Assembly: GCA_021779095.1 (NCBI GenBank)
Contig: JAJYBI010000008.1
Span: 42,971 to 106,970, forward strand
Direction: 5' to 3'
DNA from: Deltaproteobacteria bacterium
Lineage (GTDB): Bacteria; Desulfobacterota; Desulfuromonadia; Geobacterales; JAJYBI01
DNA length: 64,000 nucleotides
In this document: in pieces, positions 26,677 through 35,612 of the stretch
How the letters are laid out: each line of letters opens with the position of its first letter
How positions within the stretch are numbered: position 1 is the stretch's first letter
Notes under the pieces: model-generated
Seen by the model: only the letters and a program-made list of their open reading frames with translations
Database searches by the model: none
Told to the model about the DNA's origin: nothing
Position numbers and translations under genes: made by a program

Positions 26677-27696
26677 ATGTACAAAGTCGTGATTAATGGT
26701 TTCGGGAGAATAGGAAGGCTTTCATTCCGGAAGATCTTTGGCGATGATCGTTTCGAGATCGTGGCAATCAACGATCTGACAGAGCCGAAGATGCTTGCCC
26801 ATCTTCTGAAGTATGACAGCGTGCAGGGTCATTTTGCAGGACACACTGTCGCTGCTGATGATGACGCTCTTGTCGTCGATGGCAAAAAAATCGGAGTTTA
26901 CAAGGAAGCCGATCCGAAGAATCTCCCGTGGGACAAACTCGGGGTGGACGTCGTTCTGGAATGTACCGGATTTTTCTGCTCGAAGGCCAAGAGTCAGGCG
27001 CATATCGATGCCGGGGCTAAGAAGGTCCTTATTTCAGCTCCGGCTGGCAATGATCTTCCGACCATTGTGTACGGCGTGAATCATCATACCCTGAAACATG
27101 ACGACCTCATCGTCTCCGGTGCATCCTGCACAACCAATTGCCTTGCTCCCATGGCAAAGGCACTGAACGATTATCGCGAGGTAAGAACGGGCTTCATGAC
27201 GACGATTCATGCCTACACGGGCGACCAGATGCTTCTCGACGGCCCGCACCGCAAAGGCGATTTCCGCCGTGCACGGGCCGGTGCAATCAACATCGTGCCC
27301 AATTCGACCGGTGCCGCGAAGGCCATCGGCCTCGTCATTCCCGAACTTGACGGAAAGCTTATCGGCTCGGCGCAACGCGTACCGGTTCCTTCCGGTTCCA
27401 TCACCATCCTCGATGCAACCTTGAAGGATGATACCGAAACCGTATCCGTTGCAGGTATCAATGAGGCGATGAAACGGGCTGCCGATGATTCGTTCGGGTA
27501 TTCCGACGAGGAGCTGGTGTCGAGCGATATCATCGGCATGAGCTACGGCTCGCTTTTCGATTCCACCCAGACACTTGCGCAGCGGTGCGGAACCAGGATT
27601 TATGAGGTGAGGGTCGTTTCCTGGTATGACAATGAAATGAGCTATGTCAGTCAACTGATCAGGACATTGGGCCACATGGGAACCCTGATGCAATAA
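26677..27696 (+). CDS. gap: Type I glyceraldehyde-3-phosphate dehydrogenase
   Basis: [11 protein letters not shown]-binding motif and the SCTTNCLAP catalytic motif, 339 aa. GC is noticeably lower than core genes. Confidence 0.9.
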   Translation: MYKVVINGFGRIGRLSFRKIFGDDRFEIVAINDLTEPKMLAHLLKYDSVQGHFAGHTVAADDDALVVDGKKIGVYKEADPKNLPWDKLGVDVVLECTGFFCSKAKSQAHIDAGAKKVLISAPAGNDLPTIVYGVNHHTLKHDDLIVSGASCTTNCLAPMAKALNDYREVRTGFMTTIHAYTGDQMLLDGPHRKGDFRRARAGAINIVPNSTGAAKAIGLVIPELDGKLIGSAQRVPVPSGSITILDATLKDDTETVSVAGINEAMKRAADDSFGYSDEELVSSDIIGMSYGSLFDSTQTLAQRCGTRIYEVRVVSWYDNEMSYVSQLIRTLGHMGTLMQ

Positions 27697-27719
27697 CCGG
27701 AATCTGCATTCCGCTTTTC
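27697..27719 (+). terminator. Candidate intrinsic terminator after gap
   Basis: ccggaat-ctgc-attccg followed by cttttc. Short stem. Confidence 0.35.
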
Positions 27720-27799
27720 AATCCCTAAAGGAGCACGTTGCCCGGCATTTCGCGCCGCACGGGTGGAGATCCGTTCCCCGGCATGCCACGTGACACATC

Positions 27800-29434
27800 T
27801 TGATGGCCCACCCACCTAGACCGCCACACGATTTCGCACCGTTTGCCGCCGTTTCCGCGCCGGCCGTTTCTCCTCACACCTCCGGCCGGTGGGTGCGATA
27901 TGCCTGGCTGATCCCCGTGCTGGTGGCCGTGACGGTCTATGCCGTCGGCCTGGACAATTTCTTCACCTGGGACGATTTCATCTGGCTCGACCGGGCCCGC
28001 ACCTTTGCCCGGACCTGGCCGCGTATGTTCCTGCCGGATGTCTGCTATTTCGATCCGCTGGTGCACCTGATGTTTGCCGCCGATTTCGCCGTTGCCGGCG
28101 TACAGAGCCGGTGGTATCAGGGGGGCGATCTGGCGCTCCATGCCGGAAACGCCGTGCTGATGTATCGCCTGGCGCGGGAACTCGGTCACGGTGAGCGGGC
28201 CGCCCTGTACGCCGGCGTCCTGTTCGCCGGGTCTTGCGCCGCAGCCGACGCCGTGCTCTGGGCATCGTCCCGCGTGGACCTTGTCGCGACGACGTTCGGC
28301 ATCTGGTCGCTGCTCTGGTTCGTGCGGTACCTCCGGAGCGACAAACAGCGCGACCTGGTCTGGTCGCTGCTGCTGTTCGTTCTGGCGCTGGGCGCCAAGG
28401 GGACGCTGCTGGTACTGCCCGGCGTGATGCTCTGGCTCCTCCTGCTGGAGAGGAAACCGTTCCGGCAGGCGGCAGCCCTGCTGCCGTTCGTCGCGGTGAC
28501 CGCGCTCTATCTCGTCCTGCTGAAACTGTCACTGCCCCATGCCGCCATGCCGAGCGCCACCACGACGATCAATCTGGACAACCTGCTGCTGGCGTTCGGC
28601 GGACTTTTCGTGCCGGACAGGTATCTCGTCGTCCTGAACCCCTACGTGGTAGCGGCCGCGCTGATCGTTCCGGTGACGGCGGCGGGGCTGTGCGCCCTGC
28701 GCAGCGGGGCGACCCTCGAACTCCGCCGGGTGGGCTGGTTCTTGCTGCTGGCGGCGCTGGTGCCGGTGGTGGCGGCGGACGATTTCAGGCCTGTCACCGA
28801 TGGAGGGAATTTTTACCGGCTGTTGAGCAGCCCCAGTCACCGCATCTACTTCGCGACGGCCGGTATGTCCCTTCTCGGTGGCGGGCTGCTGCACGTCGTG
28901 GAAGAATGGCTCGGGGCACGGGCGCCGAAGGCGGGTACGGTAGTGGCAGTCGTGTTGCTGGCACTGATAACGGCCGGCAATTTCGTAGTGGTGCGGGACC
29001 GGAGCGCCATGTGGAAATTCATGGGTGACAGCTATCGGGATGAAGTGTCCGGTCTGTATCGATACCGCGGACAGGTAGGAGCGGGAAGCCTGGTTGGGCT
29101 GGTCCATTTTACCGGATCCCCCGGGTTCTTGACCCCCATGATGAAGATCTGCTTCGGCATCGATGATCTCACCCAGTTGAATCCCATTGCCATTGACATG
29201 TCCTATAACGAGGAGTTACTGGCGAAGGCCGGGCAGAGCTTTCTCTTCGTTCGTAGCCCGGACGGCATCGTTTTGGACAAGACGACCCAGTTCCGGCAGA
29301 TGCTGGAGCTGAACCGCATGGTGCTGCAGCATCCCGATTCCCCAAGGTGCCGGGACGAGTTCAGAGTGGTTGCCAGTTCGCTGCTCTGGGAGGTCAGGCA
29401 GATTATCGGAGCCGAAAGTTCCCCGACGCAGTAG
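27800..29434 (+). CDS. Polytopic membrane protein, probable GT-C fold glycosyltransferase (PMT/ArnT-like)
   Basis: About 10 TM helices in the N-terminal two-thirds, with a DD-containing first loop (TWDDFIWLD) typical of GT-C enzymes, and a C-terminal soluble domain. Confidence 0.5.
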   Translation: MMAHPPRPPHDFAPFAAVSAPAVSPHTSGRWVRYAWLIPVLVAVTVYAVGLDNFFTWDDFIWLDRARTFARTWPRMFLPDVCYFDPLVHLMFAADFAVAGVQSRWYQGGDLALHAGNAVLMYRLARELGHGERAALYAGVLFAGSCAAADAVLWASSRVDLVATTFGIWSLLWFVRYLRSDKQRDLVWSLLLFVLALGAKGTLLVLPGVMLWLLLLERKPFRQAAALLPFVAVTALYLVLLKLSLPHAAMPSATTTINLDNLLLAFGGLFVPDRYLVVLNPYVVAAALIVPVTAAGLCALRSGATLELRRVGWFLLLAALVPVVAADDFRPVTDGGNFYRLLSSPSHRIYFATAGMSLLGGGLLHVVEEWLGARAPKAGTVVAVVLLALITAGNFVVVRDRSAMWKFMGDSYRDEVSGLYRYRGQVGAGSLVGLVHFTGSPGFLTPMMKICFGIDDLTQLNPIAIDMSYNEELLAKAGQSFLFVRSPDGIVLDKTTQFRQMLELNRMVLQHPDSPRCRDEFRVVASSLLWEVRQIIGAESSPTQ

Positions 29435-29465
29435 ATACGGAAGGGATGCAGGAGATGCACGCACC

Positions 29466-29483
29466 AATAAGGGGACAGGCACC
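29466..29483. repeat. REP-like terminal repeat 16 nt upstream of the RAYT N-terminal remnant
   Basis: aataaggggacaggcacc. Confidence 0.6.
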
Positions 29484-29499
29484 GGATTGAAGGAGGGTA

Positions 29500-29742
29500 T
29501 TGGCAGTGCCGGGAGTCGCAAGGACAATAGCTGACAACTGCTGTTATCACCTGATCAATAGGGGCAACGGAAGGCAGCAGTTCTTTCATAAAGACGGTGA
29601 CTATCGCGCCTTCCTCGAACTGTTGTTGGGGGCACGAATGCCAATGGGAGGGTCAAGTCTACATTCTACATTAAATGGAAAATGTAGACGCGACCCCTTT
29701 ACAACCCTCACCACGCGCCCCAGCTACCTCAGGGGGACGTAG
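29500..29742 (+). pseudogene. N-terminal remnant of a RAYT/IS200-like transposase (disrupted after about 50 codons)
   Basis: ARTIADNCCYHLINRGNGRQQFFHKDGDYRAFLELL is the conserved N-terminal block of COG1943 transposases. The frame then degenerates at a 9-bp-stem hairpin (GTCTACATT...AATGTAGAC). An AGGAGG RBS and a REP-like motif lie upstream. Confidence 0.55.
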
Positions 29743-29866
29743 TTGATTGGTTGAGTAGCGAAAGAGAGGAAGGGCAAGTCAACAAATCAACTTCGTTATA
29801 TGTCCCCCAGAAAGAATGTTAACTCACCGGAATGTATGCTGAAAGTATCGTCCGGTAATTGTTGTC

Positions 29867-30304
29867 TCATGCTACCTTTCTAAGAGCTTCCCAGCCGATA
29901 CAGGCCAACTGCACTGTCTTGGGGATCGGTCTGGAGCCGGAACGATAATGGGCAATCATGCGACGTGTCATGCCGAGCGCCTCGGCAGCAGTGGACAAGG
30001 AGAGTTTGTTATTCTTCATCCATTCATCAAAGGCAGCAGGAGAAAGTAACCCGGCTTGTTCACGGCAGAGCTGATACAATCGGTCAGCACCCATATCAAG
30101 GCCACCGGGCCAGTCGAGACCGTGCCCCCATTCTTCAACCACAACTTGGGCGAACACGGATGGATTTGCAAGCGGAGCAAAGGCCGTATGACGTTTGATG
30201 GTGTCGGTAAGATCGCAGTCAAGTGTTTCCCCTGTGCTCCAATTGACAACCAGATGCTGTGCGTCAGTGGTCTGTACAGATTTAATCAAGGGGGCTTTAT
30301 TCAT
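29867..30304 (-). CDS. DUF2442 plus XRE-type HTH protein (antitoxin-like partner of DUF4160)
   Basis: 145 aa with an HTH near the C-terminus (LSLSTAAEALGMTRRMIAHY). It overlaps the upstream DUF4160 gene by 4 nt. Confidence 0.65.
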   Translation of the reverse strand: MNKAPLIKSVQTTDAQHLVVNWSTGETLDCDLTDTIKRHTAFAPLANPSVFAQVVVEEWGHGLDWPGGLDMGADRLYQLCREQAGLLSPAAFDEWMKNNKLSLSTAAEALGMTRRMIAHYRSGSRPIPKTVQLACIGWEALRKVA

Positions 30305-30558
30305 TTGTTTAATCTCCGGTACTCGGCAAGCAGTTCTTCACGATGGGCCTCTATCCATTTGACAGCCGATATCATTCGATTTCGCGGCCGGACCGTACCA
30401 GCCAGTATTTCGAGAGTTTCGAGGGCAACCGAAACACGGGAGCCATCGTGGAAGAGGATGTGCGCGTGAGGAACGGGATGTTCTTCGCCGCCGTTGATAC
30501 GGATTTTCCAGTCATTCTCTCCGTGTGCGGTTGTCATGTTTAAATGGTAGTGTAACAA
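30301..30558 (-). CDS. DUF4160 domain protein
   Basis: About 80 aa (HILFHDGSRVSVALETLEIL...). The start is TTG 30558 or ATG 30537. Confidence 0.6.
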   Translation of the reverse strand: MLHYHLNMTTAHGENDWKIRINGGEEHPVPHAHILFHDGSRVSVALETLEILAGTVRPRNRMISAVKWIEAHREELLAEYRRLNK

Positions 30559-30600
30559 TTACACCATGTCAATATAATTTCAGGATCATCGTTGGGTCGC
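30538..30600 (-). promoter_or_regulatory. Candidate promoter with an embedded palindromic operator for the DUF4160/DUF2442 pair
   Basis: On the minus strand: TTGACA, then a 17-nt spacer containing the palindrome GTGTAA-TTG-TTACAC, then TACCAT, then the start codon. Confidence 0.4.
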
Positions 30601-30650
30601 ACAGTAAGAAAAGGGGCATAACCCGAAGGATGCCTAAAATAAAGGTTTGA

Positions 30651-30667
30651 GGTTCCAGATTGGAACC
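30651..30667. repeat. Perfect hairpin GGTTCCA-GAT-TGGAACC at the right edge of the accessory region
   Basis: Copy of the 22513-22539 hairpin core, 77 nt upstream of the flotillin-like gene. Confidence 0.65.
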
Positions 30668-30743
30668 CCGAGCGGAGCTGGAAGCGGCGGACGCCGATAA
30701 CCAAATGCAATCATACTGAACCACCACCCCCGAGGAGGAACCC

Positions 30744-33257
30744 ATGTACGATGCTGCAGCCATGTTTGCCTGGATTGGTCACCACTATTACATCTTCATT
30801 GCGCTCGCCGCCATCGTCGTCCTGCTCTGGAACTCGGTGGTGAACGTCCGGGGGAACGAGATCGCCCTCATCGAACGCAAGTGGTTCGGCAGCAAGATGC
30901 CCCAGGGGCGCGTCGTGGCGCTGGGGAACGAGGTGGGGATCCAGGCCCGCACCCTCGGCCCGGGGCTGCACTTCCTCATCCCGTTCATCTACAAGGCGAC
31001 CAAGAGCGTCTTCACCGAGATCCTGGACAACGAGATCGGCCTCATCGAGTCGGTGGACGGCTCGGCCATCCCCGCCGGACGCATCTTCGCCGAGGTGGCG
31101 GCGGGGCACAACTCCTTCCAGGACGGCGAGGCGTTCATCAGAAACGGCGGCCAGAAAGGGCCGCAGATCGAGATCCTGCCGCCGGGCAAGTACCGGATCA
31201 ACCCGTACCTCTTCAAGCTGACCAAGGGGAGTGTCACCGAGATCAAGGACTTCGAGATCGGCATCGTGGAGTCGGTGGACGGCGCCGCCATTCCGGAGGG
31301 GAAGATCTTCGCCCGGGCGGTGGCGGGGCACGCCTCGTTCCAGAACGGCGAGGAGTTCATCAAGAACGGCGGCCAGAAGGGGCCGCAGATCGAGATCATC
31401 CCGCCGGGCAACTACCGCATCCACCCGCTCATGTTCAAGGTGACCAAGAGCACCGCCACCAAGATCGGCGAGGGGGAGATCGGCCTCGTGGAGTCGGCGG
31501 ACGGCTCGGCCATCCCCGCTGGGCGGATCTTCGCCACCGTGGTGCCGGGGCACAACTCGTTCCAGGACGGCGAGGCGTTCATCAGGAGCGGTGGCCAGAA
31601 GGGACCCCAGACGGAGATCCTGCCGCCGGGGGTCTACCGTATCCACCCCAACCTGTTCCGGGTCACCCAGGCGTCGGCCGTGGTGGTCGCCAAGGGTGAA
31701 GTGGGGATGGTGACGGCCCAGGACGGCGCGCCGATCCCCATGGGACGGCTCCTGGCCCAGAGCGTGGCCGGGCATTCCAACTACGAGAACGGCGAGGCGT
31801 TCCTCAAAAACGGCGGCCAGAAGGGGCCGCAGATCGACGTGCTCCTCCCCGGCACCTACCGGATCAACCTGAACCTGTTCCAGGTGCAGGTCGCCCCGGC
31901 GTCGGTGATCGAGGCGAACAAGGTGGGGCTCGTCACAGCCCTGGACGGCATCCCGCTCCCGGAGCGCGAATACGTGGCCGCGCCGGTGGTGGGCCACGAC
32001 GACTACCAGAACGGCTCCGCGTTTCTCACCAAGAACGGCCAGCGCGGCCCGCAGCTGGATGTGCTCCGGCCGGGGACCTACTACATCAACCCGCTCATGT
32101 TCAGCGTGGCGCTGGACGACGTGGCGGTGGTGGAGCGCGGCCAGGTGGGGGTCATCGTCTCCAACGTGGGTGAGGACCCGACGGAGGAGATGAAGAAGCG
32201 GCTCGGCTCGTCCCAGAACGGGGCGACGGAGGAGGAAGGGCGGGAGAAGTACGTGGTGCCCAAGGGGTTCCGCGGCATCCAGGAGGAGGTGGCCGGGCCG
32301 GGGCGCTACTACCTCAACCGCCGCGCCTTCATGGCCTACATCATCGACACGACCAACATCACCATCGACTGGGACGACCAGGCGGACACCCGCTTCGACC
32401 AGCTCACCGTCATCTCCAAGGACGGCTTCCCGATCCAGGTGGCGGTGAAGGTGGTCATCCGCGTGCGGCCGGACCAGGCGCCGTACATGGTGGCCAAGGT
32501 CGGCTCCATCGACAACCTCATCCAGCACGTCATCCACCCGATGATCGACTCCTCCTTCCGCAACCAGGCCTCCACCGCCTCGGCCATGAACTTCCTGCAG
32601 AGCCGCTCGGAGGAGCAGGCCAAGGCCGAGACCCGCGCCCGCATCGATCTGGAGAAGTACCACGTGGAGTGCGTCTCCGTGCTCATCTGCCAGATCAAGC
32701 TCCCCGAGGAGCTGATGCAGACCCAGACCAAAAGGATCATCGCCGAGCAGCAGCAGGAGATGTTCAAGATGGAGCAGAAGTCCCAGGCGGAGCGCACCGA
32801 GATGGAGAAGATGAAGGCCACCGCCGACCAGCAGCCGACGCTCGTCGCCTCGGAGATCGCCGTGAAGGTGGCGACCCAGAAGAAGACGGAGATGATTACC
32901 CTGGCGGAGGGGAACGCCGAGGCGAAGGCGCTGGAGGGGACCGGCGAAGGGAAGCGCCTGAAGGCCATCGGCGACGGCGAGGCGTCCAAGATCGCGGCCA
33001 TCGGCGAGGCGACCGCCCAGGCGTACAACAAGCAGCAGGAGGCGATCGGCGAGGAGGCGATCAAACAGATCAAGATCGTGGAGCTGATCGCCGCCGCCAT
33101 CCAGGACGGCAAGATCAAGATCGTGCCGGACGTGCTCGTGAGTGGTGGCGGGAGCGCCGGCGACGGGCTGATGGGGCAGCTGTCCCGGCTGCTGCCGGGA
33201 CTGGATCTGAACGCGCTGGTGGGGAAACAGGCGGCGGCGCCCGCGGTGGAGGGGTAG
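30744..33257 (+). CDS. Flotillin-like SPFH/Band-7 protein with five tandem ~72-aa repeats inserted in the SPFH domain
   Basis: N-terminal TM helix and a start of SPFH domain (LGPGLHFLIPFIYKAT). Five repeats follow (E[IV]G[LIM]VES.DG.AIP.GRIFA...GGQKGPQ.EILPPG.YRINP.LF.VT). The remainder is SPFH plus an EA-rich coiled-coil flotillin C-terminus (AEQQQEMFKMEQKSQAERTEMEK...). Confidence 0.8.
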   Translation: MYDAAAMFAWIGHHYYIFIALAAIVVLLWNSVVNVRGNEIALIERKWFGSKMPQGRVVALGNEVGIQARTLGPGLHFLIPFIYKATKSVFTEILDNEIGLIESVDGSAIPAGRIFAEVAAGHNSFQDGEAFIRNGGQKGPQIEILPPGKYRINPYLFKLTKGSVTEIKDFEIGIVESVDGAAIPEGKIFARAVAGHASFQNGEEFIKNGGQKGPQIEIIPPGNYRIHPLMFKVTKSTATKIGEGEIGLVESADGSAIPAGRIFATVVPGHNSFQDGEAFIRSGGQKGPQTEILPPGVYRIHPNLFRVTQASAVVVAKGEVGMVTAQDGAPIPMGRLLAQSVAGHSNYENGEAFLKNGGQKGPQIDVLLPGTYRINLNLFQVQVAPASVIEANKVGLVTALDGIPLPEREYVAAPVVGHDDYQNGSAFLTKNGQRGPQLDVLRPGTYYINPLMFSVALDDVAVVERGQVGVIVSNVGEDPTEEMKKRLGSSQNGATEEEGREKYVVPKGFRGIQEEVAGPGRYYLNRRAFMAYIIDTTNITIDWDDQADTRFDQLTVISKDGFPIQVAVKVVIRVRPDQAPYMVAKVGSIDNLIQHVIHPMIDSSFRNQASTASAMNFLQSRSEEQAKAETRARIDLEKYHVECVSVLICQIKLPEELMQTQTKRIIAEQQQEMFKMEQKSQAERTEMEKMKATADQQPTLVASEIAVKVATQKKTEMITLAEGNAEAKALEGTGEGKRLKAIGDGEASKIAAIGEATAQAYNKQQEAIGEEAIKQIKIVELIAAAIQDGKIKIVPDVLVSGGGSAGDGLMGQLSRLLPGLDLNALVGKQAAAPAVEG
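31029..32111 (+). repeat. Five in-frame tandem repeats of about 216 bp (72 aa) within the flotillin-like CDS
   Basis: Protein-level repeats: EIGLIESVDGSAIPAGRIFAEV...GGQKGPQIEILPPGKYRINPYLFKLT, then EIGIVESVDGAAIPEGKIFARAV..., then EIGLVESADGSAIPAGRIFATVV..., then EVGMVTAQDGAPIPMGRLLAQSV..., then KVGLVTALDGIPLPEREYVAAPV.... Confidence 0.85.
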
Positions 33258-33259
33258 AA

Positions 33260-33320
33260 CCGGTCTCACGCACCAAAAGTAGGCGCCTCCAGGCGACGGC
33301 GCAACGACGCAACGTAAAAC
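33260..33320. repeat. CGCAACG-family element, single interrupted arm
   Basis: ccggtctcacgca[ccaaaagtaggcgcctccaggcgacgg]cgcaacgacgcaacgtaaaacc. This is the arm sequence with a 27-nt interruption. Confidence 0.55.
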
Positions 33321-33392
33321 CAGGGACAAGAGGTGAACGTCTGGATAACCGATGGAGCACAAACATCTTCTTGCGCAGGAAACTACCATGAA

Positions 33393-33707
33393 ATGGAGCG
33401 TGCGATGAAAAAGAACATGTTCGTTTCGGCGAGGCGGTACGAAGGGGTAACGGACCCCGATGAGGCGGCAAGGAAGGTGGACGAGCTCTTTGTCCCGCTC
33501 ATCTCGTCACTGCCGGGATTCGTCGAGTATTACTGGATCGACCTGGGGGGCGGCGCGATGATGTCCATCACCGTTTTCAAAACCCTGTCCGAGGCGATCG
33601 CGGCCAACGAAAAATCACGGATATGGGTGAAGCAGCATCTGGGTGCGATTCTTTCCGCCTCGGTGCGCACCGAGGCCGGACCGATCGTCGCCTACAGCAG
33701 GAAGTAG
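33393..33707 (+). CDS. Small hypothetical protein (ABM/Dabb-like alpha+beta fold plausible)
   Basis: About 104 aa. Weak family assignment. Confidence 0.4.
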   Translation: MERAMKKNMFVSARRYEGVTDPDEAARKVDELFVPLISSLPGFVEYYWIDLGGGAMMSITVFKTLSEAIAANEKSRIWVKQHLGAILSASVRTEAGPIVAYSRK

Positions 33708-33791
33708 GCGCAGCAGCATCGTCGTGGCGCGCTCTGTCGCGAATCGAGCGAAGGCGTGTCCCATAAATCCGTGCAGTGAAGGAGACCGTCC

Positions 33792-35465
33792 ATGTCGTCC
33801 CTGAGCGAATACTTCGAACAGCACGAGGAGCAGGCGTTCATCGCCAAGGCGTTCCTCACCATCTTCGCCATCATCCTCGTCCGGCAGTTCCTGGGGGGAC
33901 TGCTCCTGCTGCTCTTCTTCCTCTTCCCGGTCATCTTCCTCATCTACATCCGGTTCCAGGCGGCGGTGGAGGGGAAGAGCCCCTACGCGCTCCTGAAGGA
34001 GCACATCACCTTCATGCCGGTGATGTACACCGAGGGGGAGCGCAAGAAGGAGGTGATCCCCTGGGTCACCTACGGCATCATCCTTACGAACGTGCTGGTC
34101 TTCTACCTCTTCGAGGCGAGCGGGCTCGTGTCGCCGGAGTTCTTGGGGAACCTGGTGTTCCTCCCCGACAAGCCCAACGCCTGGAACGTGGTGGTGAGCG
34201 CCTTTACCCACATGTTCCTGCATGCCAGCCCGGGGCACCTGTGGGGGAACATGGTCTTCCTCTGGGTGCTGGGGACCTCCGTAGAACGGCGGATCGGGGC
34301 GGAGCGGTTCGCCCTCCTGTACCTCATTACCGGGCTCTGCGGCGGGATCGCCTTCGTCGCCACCTGGTACCTGGCCACCGGCGAGCCGGGGCACCTCCTG
34401 GGGGCGTCGGGCGCCATTGCGGGAATCATGGGGATCTTCGCCGTCCGCTGCTATTTCAAGAGCATGGTCTTTCCGCTGCCGATCCTGGGGATATTCTCCC
34501 TCATCTTCCCCGTCAGCCTGAAGGTGCGGCTCAACTCCCTCGTCATCATCGGCCTCTTCTTCCTGGCGGACCTGTCGGGGGGGATCGGGCAGATGGCGGG
34601 GACGGGCGCCTCCATGATCGGCCACTGGGCGCATCTCGGGGGGATGATCTCGGGGATGGGCCTGGCGGGGTTCCTGAAGCTGGGGGAGGGGGCGGTGGAG
34701 GAGCGGCACCTGGACATCGGGGTGAAGGCGGCGGAGAGCGCCGTGGGGACCGCCGGCGGCGAGCAGTCGCTGCGGCTCGTGCTGGAGAAAAGCCCGGACA
34801 ACACGGAGGCGCTCCTGGCCCTGGCGCGGATCAAGTCGCGCTATGCGGCGAACGAGGAGGGGCGGGCGCTGTTCGCCCGTACCATCGATCTGCTGCTCCG
34901 GACCAACCAGGGCGAGGCGGCGGCCGTCTACCTGGAGTACCGGCAGAAGTACTTCCAGCCGCTGGCGCCGGGACCGATGGTGGCGCTGGCCGGCATCTTC
35001 CAGCGCCGGGTGGAGATGGACGTCGCCTCCCGCTGTCTGGAGGCGGTGATCGCCATGGAGGGGGTGGCGCCGGAGCTGCGCCAGCGGGCCCTCTCCCAGT
35101 ACGCCATCATGCTGGACAAGATGGGGTGCGAGGATATGGCGCTGGCGCAGTACGAAACCCTGGTGCGGGAGTTTCCCCACGCGGACGTGGCCCGGCGCGC
35201 CTATGCCCGGCTCGGGCGTGAGATGCCCGATGCGCCGGCGGCGGCCGGACCGGCGCAGGTTGCGGCCCCCGCATCGGCGCCGCCGCCCGCCGCTGCCGAG
35301 GCTGCACCGTCACCGCAGCCGGCGGCCGCGCCGCGCAACTACGCCGTCTGCCCTTCGTGCAGCTCCATGATGCAGAAGCGCCGCGCCTCAAACGGCGCCC
35401 ACGCCGGGAAGTACTTCTGGGTCTGCCCCGGCTACCCGGAGTGCAAAAGCGTCATCCCGGCGTAA
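33792..35465 (+). CDS. Rhomboid family intramembrane serine protease with a C-terminal TPR-like region and a C4 zinc ribbon
   Basis: Catalytic GASGAIAG (Ser) and WAHLGGM (His) motifs within 6 TM helices. C-terminus CPSCSS...WVCPGYPECK. Confidence 0.8.
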   Translation: MSSLSEYFEQHEEQAFIAKAFLTIFAIILVRQFLGGLLLLLFFLFPVIFLIYIRFQAAVEGKSPYALLKEHITFMPVMYTEGERKKEVIPWVTYGIILTNVLVFYLFEASGLVSPEFLGNLVFLPDKPNAWNVVVSAFTHMFLHASPGHLWGNMVFLWVLGTSVERRIGAERFALLYLITGLCGGIAFVATWYLATGEPGHLLGASGAIAGIMGIFAVRCYFKSMVFPLPILGIFSLIFPVSLKVRLNSLVIIGLFFLADLSGGIGQMAGTGASMIGHWAHLGGMISGMGLAGFLKLGEGAVEERHLDIGVKAAESAVGTAGGEQSLRLVLEKSPDNTEALLALARIKSRYAANEEGRALFARTIDLLLRTNQGEAAAVYLEYRQKYFQPLAPGPMVALAGIFQRRVEMDVASRCLEAVIAMEGVAPELRQRALSQYAIMLDKMGCEDMALAQYETLVREFPHADVARRAYARLGREMPDAPAAAGPAQVAAPASAPPPAAAEAAPSPQPAAAPRNYAVCPSCSSMMQKRRASNGAHAGKYFWVCPGYPECKSVIPA

Positions 35466-35612
35466 GGGGTGACCGCAACCCCATCCCCGGATGCTCTCAT
35501 GTTTTGGCCGCGTTCGTTCCGATCGGGATGCCGGGCGGTTTCGGGGACGACGGCGGCATGCGGTTCAACAATCCGGCACCGACGGGTGACCATGGGTACG
35601 ATGCGGAGGCAC

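Noticed and set aside
31029-32111. Regular 216-bp periodicity that could be mistaken for a CRISPR-like or satellite array
   Set aside because: Periods are 216 bp with no short spacers. They lie in one long open frame and translate to clean 72-aa protein repeats. They are coding tandem repeats, not CRISPR.
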